Source of the DNA: Pecten maximus
Lineage: Eukaryota
Direction: 5' to 3'
Length of the DNA: 64,000 bases
Assembly (NCBI RefSeq): GCF_902652985.1
Contig: NC_047018.1
Span: 25,916,001 to 25,980,000 of the forward strand
The position numbers and the translations under genes were made by a program. This document shows positions 38,401-50,400 of this stretch, in pieces; within the stretch, counting starts at the first letter, position 1, and each line of letters starts with the position of its first letter. Below the pieces are notes generated by a model, which saw only the letters and a program-made list of their open reading frames with translations, was not told the origin of the DNA and ran no database searches.

Positions 38401-41400
38401 GGTAAAGATTCCTTGAGTGTTATCCTGGTTTGAGGTTTCTGGGTGGGTATGGATTCCTTGAGTGTTATCCTGGTTTGAGGTTTCTGGGTGGGTATGGATT
38501 CCTTAAGTGTTATCCTGGTTTGAGGTTTCTATGTGGGTATGGATTCCTTGAGTGTTATCCTGGTTTGAGGTTTCTGGGTGGGTATGGATTCCTTGAGTGT
38601 TATCCTTGTTTGAGGTTTCTGGGTGGGTATGGATTCCTTGTCTGTTATCCTTGTTTGAGGTTTCTGGGTGGGTATGGTTTCCTTGAGTGTTATCCTTGTT
38701 TGAGGTTTCTGGGTGGGTATGGTTTCCTTGAGTGTTATCCTTGTTTGAGGTTTCTGGGTGGGTATGGATTCCTTGAGTGTTATCCTGGTTTGAGGTTTCT
38801 GGGTGGGTAAAGATTCCTTGAGTGTTATCCTTGTTTGAGGTTTCTGGGTGGGTATGGATTCCTTGAGTGTTATCCTTGTTTGAGGTTTCTGGGTGGGTAT
38901 GGATTCCTTGAGTGTTATCCTGGTTTGAGGTTTCAGGGTGGGTATGTATTCCTTGACTGTTATCCTTGTTTGAGGTTTCTGGGTGGGTATGGATTCCTTG
39001 AGTGTTATCCTGGTTTGAGGTTTCTGGGTGGGTATGGATTCCTTGACTGTTATCCTTGTTTGAGGTTTCTGGGTGGGTATGGTTTCCTTGAGTGTTATCC
39101 TTGTTTGAGGTTTCTGGGTGGGTATGGATTCCTTGAGTGTTATCCTGGTTTGAGGTTTCTGGGTGGGTATGGATTCCTTGAGTGTTATCCTGGTTTGAGG
39201 TTTCTGGGTGGGTATGGATTCCTTGAGTGTTATCCTGGTTTGAGGTTTCTGGGTGGGTATGGATTCCTTGAGTGTTATCCTGGTTTGGGGTTTCTGGGTG
39301 GGTAAAGATTCCTTGAGTGTTATCCTTGTTTGAGGTTTCTGGGTGGGTATGGTTTCCTTGAGTGTTATTCTGGTTTAAGGTTTCTGGGTGGGTATGGATT
39401 CCTTGACTGTTATCCTGGTTTGAGGATTCTGGGTGGGTATGGATTCCTTGAGTGTTATCCTTGTTTAAGGTTTCTGGGTGGGTATGGATTCCTTGACTGT
39501 TATCCTGGTTTGAGGTTTCTGGGTGGGTATGGATTCCTTGAGTGTTATCCTGGTTTGAGGTTTCTGGGTGGGTATGGATTCCTTGAGTGTTATCCTGGTT
39601 TGAGGTTTCTGGGTGGGTATGGATTCCTTGACTGTTATCCTTGTTTGAGGTTTCTGGGTGGGTATGGATTCCTTGACTGTTATCCTGGTTTGATGTTTCT
39701 GGGTGGGTATGGATTCCTTGAGTGTTATCCTTGTTTGAGGTTTCTGGGTGGGTATGGATTCCTTGAGTGTTATCCTGGTTTGAGGTTTCAGGGTGGGTAT
39801 GTATTCCTTGACTGTTATCCTTGTTTGAGGTTTCTGGGTGGGTATGGATTCCTTGAGTGTTATCCTGGTTTGAGGTTTCTGGGTGGGTATGGATTCCTTG
39901 ACTGTTATCCTTGTTTGAGGTTTCTGGGTGGGTATGGTTTCCTTGAGTGTTATCCTTGTTTGAGGTTTCTGGGTGGGTATGGATTCCTTGAGTGTTATCC
40001 TGGTTTGAGGTTTCTGGGTGGGTATGGATTCCTTGAGTGTTATCCTGGTTTGAGGTTTCTGGGTGGGTATGGATTCCTTGAGTGTTATCCTGGTTTGAGG
40101 TTTCTGGGTGGGTATGGATTCCTTGAGTGTTATCCTGGTTTGGGGTTTCTGGGTGGGTAAAGATTCCTTGAGTGTTATCCTTGTTTGAGGTTTCTGGGTG
40201 GGTATGGTTTCCTTGAGTGTTATTCTGGTTTAAGGTTTCTGGGTGGGTATGGATTCCTTGACTGTTATCCTGGTTTGAGGATTCTGGGTGGGTATGGATT
40301 CCTTGAGTGTTATCCTTGTTTAAGGTTTCTGGGTGGGTATGGATTCCTTGACTGTTATCCTGGTTTGAGGTTTCTGGGTGGGTATGGATTCCTTGAGTGT
40401 TATCCTGGTTTGAGGTTTCTGGGTGGGTATGGATTCCTTGAGTGTTATCCTGGTTTGAGGTTTCTGGGTGGGTATGGATTCCTTGACTGTTATCCTTGTT
40501 TGAGGTTTCTGGGTGGGTATGGATTCCTTGACTGTTATCCTGGTTTGATGTTTCTGGGTGGGTATGGATTCCTTGAATGTTATCCTTTGTTTGAGGTTTC
40601 TGGGTGGGTATGGATTCCTTGTCTGTTATCCTTGTTTGAGGTTTCTGGGTGGGTATGGTTTCCTTGAGTGTTATCCTTGTTTGAGGTTTCTGGGTGGGTA
40701 TGGTTTCCTTGAGTGTTATCCTTGTTTGAGGTTTCTGGGTGGGTAAAGATTCCTTGTTTGATGTTTCTGGGTGGATATGGATTCCATGCATGCTATCCTT
40801 GTTTGAGGTTTCTGGGTGGGTATGGATTCCTTGAGTGTTATCCTGGTTTGAGGTTTCTGGGTGGGTATGGATTCCTTGACTGTTATCCTTGTTTGAGGTT
40901 TCTGGGTGGGTATGGTTTCCTTGAGTGTTTTCCTTGTTTGAGGTTTCTGGGTGGGTATGGATTCCTTGAGTGTTATCCTGGTTTGAGGTTTCTAGGTGGG
41001 TATGGATTCCTTGAGTGTTATCCTGGTTTGAGGTTTCTGGGTGGGTATGGATTCTTTGAGTGTTATCCTGGTTTGAGGTTTCTGGGTGGGTATGGATTCC
41101 TTGAGTGTTATCCTGGTTTGAGGTTTCTGGGTGGGTATGGATTCCTTGAGTGTTATCCTTGTTTGAGGTTTCTGGGTGGGTATGGTTTCCTTGAGTGTTA
41201 TTCTGGTTTATGGTTTCTGGGTGGGTATGGATTCCTTGACTGTTATCCTGGTTTGAGGATTCTGGGTGGGTATGGATTCCTTGAGTGTTATCCTTGTTTA
41301 AGGTTTCTGGGTGGGTATGGATTCCTTGACTGTTATCCTGGTTTGAGGTTTCTGGGTGGGTATGGATTCCTTGAGTGTTATCCTGGTTTGAGGTTTCTGG

Positions 41401-44400
41401 GTGGGTATGGATTCCTTGAGTGTTATCCTGGTTTGAGGTTTCTGGGTGGGTATGGATTCCTTGACTGTTATCCTTGTTTGATGTTTCTGGGTGGGTATGG
41501 ATTCCTTGACTGTTATCCTTGTTTGATGTTTCTGGGTGGGTATGGATTCCTTGACTGTTATCCTGGTTTGATGTTTCTGGGTGGGTATGGTTTCCTTGAG
41601 TGTTATCCTTGTTTGAGGTTTCTGGGTGGGTAAAGATTCCTTGTTTGAGGTTTCTGGGTGGATATGGATTCCTTGCATGCTATCCTTGTTTGAGGTTTCT
41701 GGGTGGGTATGGATTCCTTGAGTGTTATCCCTGTTTGAGGTTTCTGGGTGGGAATAAGAGATTCCTTGAATGCTATCCTAGTTTGAGGTTTCTGGGTGGG
41801 TATGGATTCCTTGAATGCTACAATTACTGTTCTGAGTGGCTCATTCAATATTGAATTGATCAGAGTAATGAATTTAAAAAATGAGAGAAAACTGAAGATT
41901 ATAAGTTGACATGGTTAAAAAAGTAAAACTGAAGCACATGAACACATACTCCATTATATATGATTATCCTCCAATGAATTGTGAAATCTTCTGTAGAACC
42001 AGGGGCGTGTTCTGAAGAAGGAGCCAACACCCCCTTTGGAGGGGATGAAGTTTGGGGAATATGAGGAGTACAAGAGAGAACAGGAGCCTGACCGCAAGAG
42101 ACAGTACAAGGAGGACTTAGAGAAGGTACAACATGTCATGGTTGTTTAGAAGGTACAATATGTCATGGTTGTTTAGAGGGTACAACATGTCATGGTTGTT
42201 TAGAAGGTACAATATGTCATGGTTGTTTAGAAGGTACAATATGTCATGGTTGTTTAGAAGGTACAATATGTCATGGTTGTTTAGAAGGTACAATATGTCA
42301 TGGTAGTTTAGAAGGTACAATATGTCGTGGTTGTTTAGAAGGTACAATATGTCGTGGTTGTTTAGAAGGTACAATATGTCGTGGTTGTTTAGAAGGTACA
42401 ATATGTCATGGTTGTTTAGAAGGTACAATATGTCATGGTTGTTTAGAAGGTACAATATGTCATGGTTGTTTAGAAGGTACAATATGTCATGGTTGTTTAG
42501 AAGGTACAATATGTCATGGTTGTTTAGAAGGTACAATATGTCATGGTTGTTTAGAAGGTACAATATGTCATGTTTGTTTAGAAGGTACAATATGTCATGG
42601 TTGTTTAGACGGTACAATATGTCATGGTTGTTTAGAAGGTACAATATGTCATGGTTGTTTAGAAGGTACAATATGTCATGGTTGTTTAGAAGGTACAATA
42701 TGTCATGGTTGTTTAGAAGGTACAATATGTCATGGTTGTTTAGAAGGTACAATATGTCATGGTTGGTTAGAAGGTACAATATGTCATGGTTGTTTAGAAG
42801 GTACAATATGTCATGGTTGTTTAGAAGGTACAATATGTCATGGTTGTTTAGAAGGTACAATATGTCATGGTTGTTTAGAAGGTACAATATGTCATGGTTG
42901 TTTAGAAGGTACAATATGTCATGGTTGTTTAGAAGGTACAATATGTCATGGTTGTTTAGAAGGTACAATATGTCATGGTTGTTTAGAAGGTACAATATGT
43001 CGTGGTTGTTTAGAAGGTACAATATGTCGTGGTTGTTTAGAAGGGTACAATATGTCATGGTTGTTTAGAAGGTACAATATGTCATGGTTGTTTAGAAGGT
43101 ACAATATGTCATGGTTGTTTAGAAGGTACATAGGCATTGTGGTTAAAGGTACATAAGTCATGGTTGTTTAGAAGGTACAATATGTCATGGTTGGTTAGAA
43201 GGTACAATATGTCATGGTTGTTTAGAAGGTACAATATGTCATGGTTGTTTAGAAGGTACAATATGTCATGGTTGTTTAGAAGGTACAATATGTCATGGTT
43301 GTTTAGAAGGTACAATATGTCATGGTTGTTTAGAAGGTACAATATGTCATGGTTGTTTAGAAGGTACAATATGTCATGGTTGTTTAGAAGGTACAATATG
43401 TCATGGTTGTTTAGAAGGTACAATATGTCATGGTTGTTTAGAAGGTACAATATGTCATGGTTGTTTAGAAGGTACAATATGTCATGGTTGTTTAGAAGGT
43501 ACAATATGTCATGGTTGTTTAGGAAGGTACAATATGTCATGGTTGTTTAGAAGGTACAATATGTCATGGTTGTTTTAGAAGGTACAATATGTCATGGTTG
43601 TTTAGAAGGTACAATATGTCATGGTTGTTTTAGAAGGTACAATATGTCATGGTTGTTTAGAAGGTACAATATGTCATGGTTGTTTAGAAGGTACAATATG
43701 TCGTGGTTGTTTAGAAGGTACAATATGTCGTGGTTGTTTAGAAGGTACAATATGTCATGGTTGTTTAGAAGGTACAATATGTCGTGGTTGTTTAGAAGGT
43801 ACAATATGTCATGGTTGTTTAGAAGGTACAATATGTCATGGTTGTTTAGAAGGTACAATATGTCATGGTTGTTTAGAAGGTACAATATGTCATGGTTGGT
43901 TAGAAGGTACAATATGTCATGGTTGTTTAGAAGGTACAATATGTCATGGTTGTTTAGAAGGTACAATATGTCATGGTTGTTTAGAAGGTACAATATGTCA
44001 TGGTTGTTTAGAAGGTACAATATGTCATGGTTGTTTAGAAGGTACAATATGTCATGGTTGTTTAGAAGGTACAATATGTCATGGTTGTTTAGAAGGTACA
44101 ATATGTCATGGTTGTTTAGAAGGTACAATATGTCATGGTTGTTTCTCTATCACTCTTTACAGACCAAGGGGGTCCATTTGATACAATTGATATTGAAATA
44201 CATTGACGTCAATTACAGGTATGGTGAAAATATACGGTTCACAAACATGGTATATATGACATAAAATTAGGCTAATATATAGTTCACTAGTTTGAAGGTT
44301 CATTTTAGACAGGTGTGATTAGTGGTAATATTGTGTTGTTTGTCAGTGGGTCAACAATCATTGTAACTGGAAGTTCACCTGTTAACGTAGCATTTACTGG

Positions 44401-47400
44401 ACATTTTTACAGCAAAAGCGTGAACAAGCTTTGATAAAGTTGAGGAGAGACTTCCCTAACAAACAGCCACTGGTCACCACCACTCCACGACAAGGGGAGG
44501 TAACAGATCGCAAGGGATACCGCAATCAGATTGAGGAGAAAAAACAGAAGCAGTTTAGTAAGATGTTGGCCCAACAACCAACTGTCAGAGATGTCCGCCC
44601 TCAGAACACACAGGTATCTATTCAAACTGAATATTTTTCCAAGGTGACATGAACAAAGTTTCCATGCATTTATAACTCAAAAACCTTTAGTTTTAACTAT
44701 GAATATTGGTCCATTACAGATGCCTTCAAACATGAAAAATCAACCAGTTTGTCTGATTAACTCCTGAAGCTTTGTGTTGTCACAATGTTCAATGATTGAT
44801 ATACCCTCTCCCAATGTCTGTTCATATCCCTTCAGCAAACTGCCACTTACTAATACATGTTATGACAACTAATATATTGTGCCACCCACCACACTCTCCA
44901 CTCTGTTCCAGCCCCGTCGTAGGTCACCCTCCCCAGAATTCAGCGACCCTGGGATGCAGCTTCAGGCTGATCGTATACGGGCACGCATCAGAGATCTTCC
45001 TACGCGTCCTGAGGAAGTTGAGGAGCTACAGGTATAAGTCAAGTTGGTTCAAATGTGTCAAGGTCATTTGACTGGGTCAAGGTCAATAAAATCAAGAGAC
45101 TCCTCTGACTCAATGGAAGTTGATTGTACTGTATATTGCTGTTATGTATTGTTTTGTAGGTCTTTGGGACACCATTACCATTGACTATCTGTTTTTCAGG
45201 CAATTCTGAAAATATAATCTAATGACTTGTTTCATTACTACAGATAAAGCAGGTGATTTGTGTTGTTTGCATTTCAGATACCTGTATTATAAAGGTGTTT
45301 GTTTGGCTGGTTACTGACCACTGGTTTTCAGTTGGCTGGTTACTGACCATTGGTTCTCAGTTGGCTGGTTACTGACCATTAGTTCTCAGTTGGCTGGTTA
45401 TATTTACTGACCATTAGTTCTCATTTGGCTAGTTACTGGTCATTGGTTCTCAGTTGGCTGGTTACTGACCACTGGTTTTCAGTTGGCTGGTTACTGACGA
45501 TTGGTTCTCAGTTGGCTGGTTACTGACCATTGGTTCTCAATCGGCTGGTTACTGACCATTGGTTCTCAGTTGGCTGGTTACTGACCATTGGTTCTCAGTT
45601 GGCTGGTTACTGACCATTGGTTCTCAATTGGCTGGTTACTGACCATTGGTTCTCAGTTGGCTGGTTACTGACCATGGGTTCTCAATTTGCTGGTTACTGA
45701 CCAGTGGTTCTCAATTGGCTGGTACCTGACCATTGGTTCCCACCTACTTGATATTTGTGGTTTATTGGAATGATGGTGTTTGGCAGTGTCATTGGTAGAC
45801 AATATAAAGAGGACCTTCAATTCATGTCTGAGTTATTACTGATAGTGTATGAGAAACTTTTTTCTTGGAAAGCTGTTTCTATGGCACCTGTGTGAAAACG
45901 TGACATAGTTGTATAATTAGAATGTAAAGAAAGGTTTGCACCCACAAAACCGCAATATGATTAGAATGTAAAGAAAGGTCTGCACCCACAAAATCACAAT
46001 ATGCACACAAATTTTTTTTGCATGTTCCATCTACATAGCACTTGGTACATTTGTACTTCAGTTTCAGATGAACACATGTATAAGGCACAGTCATGTTGAT
46101 GTTTTGTTCAATTTCATTTTCTTCTATTTGTTAATTAACACTAATGTTAATGTTGACCAAAACTTACCATTTCACAGCTAAATTATCTTTATTCTGCGAA
46201 TGTTAACAAAATCTATGCAAATATGAAAACATTTATTTTAAGGAGCTTTCTTGATTTTAAGTTGATTTAAAACATCAAGAAGGTTCTTTAAGGTTGGCAG
46301 TTTTAACTTTAAGATAAAAAATGAGGAAAAAAATATGATTTTTTGGGAAATGTTAGGGACTAGAAAATATTGACTTGTATCCACATTACAGTATGAGTAA
46401 CTACTTAAGAAAGTACCATCAATATATATGATTATATCGTCCCTGTGTGATTTGATCAGGTCATGAAAAGAAAACATTGCTTTGAAATAATAAAAACATT
46501 TTAGATTAGAATTGGGAACTGCCCAGCCTCTGTCTCCTGGAGCTTTGACTATCAAATGAAGCAACACAGCTGTATCTGGATGCCTTTCTTCTTATTCTAC
46601 TCTCTTGTTAACAACAGTATAGCATTACTACAATGTAGATAGTTAATTAGGTCTTTACATAACTGTTGATATGATTCACAAATCTCAAGTAATTTTATTC
46701 AAATAAAACTTTAATGAATAAAATATCCATGTCATTACTCATCAGCTGAAAAGTTATTTTCCAAGTTTGTTAATATTTGTAAGGAAAAGGTAACAATATA
46801 ATTGCTGGTAAAGTAGATAGTAGTTGTGTTGATAAAGTAGACATGGAGTTGGTTGTTTTATATAGATTAAAGCATGGATTCCAGCTAACACACGTCTTTT
46901 AATTTTCCTTAAATAGCGGCGACAACAACAACAGGATGCGCTTCAGAGAGATTTGGAGGATATTTCACCCCGAAATTCCTACGAAGAGCGTCGACCACCT
47001 GTTGACCTCAGTCCTAGACTGGACGACTACGGCCCGGGTCTATCCGACAGATATCCCCCGCCCCAGGAGGACTACAGACAACCACCACAGGTGAGACTAG
47101 CCTTTAAGATTTTATATTGAAAAAAATCTTTCAACAGGTGCAGAACACAGAGATGGAGACTTTAGTAGTTTGTTGGTACAACAACCCTAACAAAGAATTA
47201 CAGGGACATGCATGCTATTGTTACTTTGTTTACTTTTGAAATTGTTAAATCCACAGGTATGTTTGTTTACTTTTGAAACTGTTAAATCCACAGGTATGTT
47301 TTGTACTGGGATACTATATACGATGGATTATAGAGCACCTGTAGGGTCCCATGTAACCGACTGAGGTCAGCGCGTAACATCAAGGAAAGCAGTAGTAACA

Positions 47401-50400
47401 ATTATCTGTGTCAGATTACAACACTTCACACAAAATAGATCTGCGATCATTCTATACAATAACATCACTAGTGTCATCATGTTCATTTGTCATATGAATC
47501 CTTGTTAATTAATAAGGAATCATTCTGTTACATTACTAATTTCAAGGATGGAGGTTTTCTTCTGTTAAATCAATCTGAACTCTTTCTAAATAAAATATGA
47601 ATATATGAGGCTTTATGCCTTTTGAGGTATAGTTTGAATTTAGAGGATGAATTCACTGAGCATGGTACTAATTTTTATGCATACCTTTTCAAAATTTAGT
47701 TCTTTCATTGTGTAACGAAGTCAAAAAGTGACAAGCTTTCCAATTTAGCATGCCAACCAGCCAGGCTCATATCAGGGATCAAGGCCACAGGCTGAAAACA
47801 AAATACAGGAAAGAGTTGAACATCAGCTGTATGATGAGAGTGTGAGGAAACATGTTGAGGTACAGCGCCGCATGGATGAGGAGGCAAAGAAGAGGAGACA
47901 AGCAGAACATCAAAATGATGAAAATATCAGGAAACAGCTAGAGATTGTGAAACGACGTCAGGAGCTGGAAGAAAAGAGGAAGGTGAAACAAAGGCTTGAG
48001 GAAAATAATAGGAGGCAGTTTGAGGAGGAAAGACGAAGACAGGCAGAGAGGCGGATGCAGGAACAAGCTGAGAAGGAATACCAAGAAGAAATGCGGAGAC
48101 AAATAGCAGACAAACGACAACGGGATGAAGAAGAAAAAAGGCTACTTCAGGTGAAACACCAAGAGAGTGTCATGAAACAGATTGTTGATAAAAACAGGCA
48201 AGAGGCAGAGGAGAAGAAGAGATTGAGGAAAGAACAGGGAAAGGATGAAGGAATATTAAAACAGCTGGAGAAAGGGAGAGAGAGGGAGGCTGACGAGAAA
48301 CGGAGGAAGCGAGAGTTTGAGGAAGAACAGAACAGACAGTTGGAAGAGTCTAGAAGATCGTTAGAAGAAGGCAGACCATCAACTGTCCATGTCAGATTTA
48401 GTGACTACGAGGAGGAGGAGGCAGTTCCGAGGAGGCGACGTCCAAACTCCGAGTACATTCCAGGGTATGGTGTTGAGCAGCGAGTGGAACAGAGAACTAA
48501 GGTACACAGGACTGCCACTAACATGGGTGAAAAGTGTGATATTGAGGTCGTAGGATAGGACTGCCACTAACATGGGTGAAAAGTGTGATATTGAGGTCGT
48601 AGGATAGGACTGCCACTAACATGGGTGAAAAGTGTGATATTGTGGTTGTCAGATAGTTGTGTGTTTTAATATGGTAAGACATTAACAGACATGTAGGTCA
48701 GTTTGATCAGAGTTTAAGACTTTGAAGGTGCTATGAAGATTTCTGCTCTTTTTCTACCTAGCTTACATAAGGAAAAGTATACAAGATATTGCATGTACAA
48801 TATACATATATCACCTGTCAACTTAAACCAACTGTCAGCTGTCCTTGTGTCAGATCTACATCATGTATGTACATAACATTATGTGCAGTGGCTTCTCTAA
48901 CTCTGTTGATGTGTACACTAACACTGTGATGACAGGTTTGGTTCTGAGTCAGGACTATTATGTGTACACTAACACTGTGATGACAGGTTTGGTTCTGAGT
49001 CAGGACTATTATGTGTACACTAACACTGTGATGACAGGTTTGGTTCTGAGTCAGGACTATTATGTGTACACTAACACTGTGATGACAGGTTTGGTTCTGA
49101 GTCAGGACTATTATGTGTACACTAACACTGTGATGACAGGTTTGGTTCTGAGTCAGGACTATTATGTGTACACTAACACTGTGATGACAGGTTTGGTTCT
49201 GAGTCAGGACTATTATGTGTACACTAACACTGTGATGACAGGTTTGGTTCTGAGTCAGGACTATTATGTGTACACTAACATTGTAGACAGGTTTGGTTCT
49301 GAGTCAGGACTATTATGTGTACACTAACACTGTGATGACAGGTTTGGTTCTGAGTCAGGACTATTATGTGTACACTAACACTGTGATGACAGGTTTGGTT
49401 CTGAGTCAGGACTATTATGTGTACACTAACACTGTGATGACAGGTTTGGTTCTGAGTCAGGACTATTATGTGTACACTAACACTGTGATGACAGGTTTGG
49501 TTCTGAGTCAGGACTATTATGTGTACACTAACACTGTGATGACAGGTTTGGTTCTGAGTCAGGACTCTTATCTGTGTGATGTATGACTGTCGAGGTCTGA
49601 ATGGTAAAATGTCACTCTTTATTACTGTCGTTAATCATGCATTATCGTTGAAGATCATATAACGGTAAAGTCTTAGATGTGATCTTCAAATTGATTACAT
49701 GGCCTTTACATGTATTGTGTTCACATTCTTTTGCAAAAAAAACTTGATGGATTTTTTATTGCTTTTTTGTGTAAATATATCATCAGAGTATTTAGTAAAT
49801 ACCTATTGACCTACTGCAGTAATGAGGCTTTTTGTGTGATTATTTTACTCCCTCTTCAGACTTGGTGTACACTGTATTTTTATTACGAAGATGTAATGTT
49901 CTTTGGTCCATCATATAGTGATAATTAATACAGCTGTGAGGTTTATAGTAGATACTCTAAAGACAAAGTATTGATCTTCCTGTATCACTTGATCTACCTT
50001 AGTATATCATTTCTAGATGTATGCTGCCATATAAGTTAAAAAATATGTATATAATGCTGTACAATTTTATTCATGTTATGTTCTTGCTACCGAGTGTGGT
50101 AGAGTTGTCTCCCTTAAAATGTCCTCATCTTTGTGACATACCGGGTAATATAAGGTACGTGTATATATACATTTTCAAGGATTTTTTTGGAGAAATTCTT
50201 TTAGAACAAAAGAAACATGGAGTATGATATAGTACACATCCTTCAATGTGTCACTCTGAGTATACTGTTATGAAATCTCCTATTAGTCCACTTTTTTTGT
50301 TTACATGTTAGAGAGATTTAAAGTTGGGGTGGATAAGACCTCTATAAGATGAAAAATCATACTTGCTTTTTATCTTAAAGATTATTTTTGTGTTTTTTAG

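Noticed and set aside
38000-41820. G-quadruplex array
   Set aside because: Only two GGG runs per 45-bp unit, separated from the next pair by about 38 nt; weak candidate.
38175-41854. Long ORFs including the 762-aa minus-strand ORF 38503-40791
   Set aside because: Translation of a 45-bp (multiple of 3) intronic minisatellite; open on both strands, with no splice or coding context.
42117-44264. LLNNHDILY / RRYNMSWLF / LEGTICHGC repeat proteins
   Set aside because: 27-bp minisatellite artefacts; the frame continuing the real exon stops at the first TAG.
47224-47300. 37-bp duplication containing CACAG|GTATG
   Set aside because: Could be a recursive-type site, but there are only two copies in a short intron; insufficient support.
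48845-49586. VMTGLVLSQDYYVYTNT ORFs, and similar ORFs at 34516-34998 and 58308-58805
   Set aside because: Tandem-repeat translations with essentially no synonymous divergence pattern.
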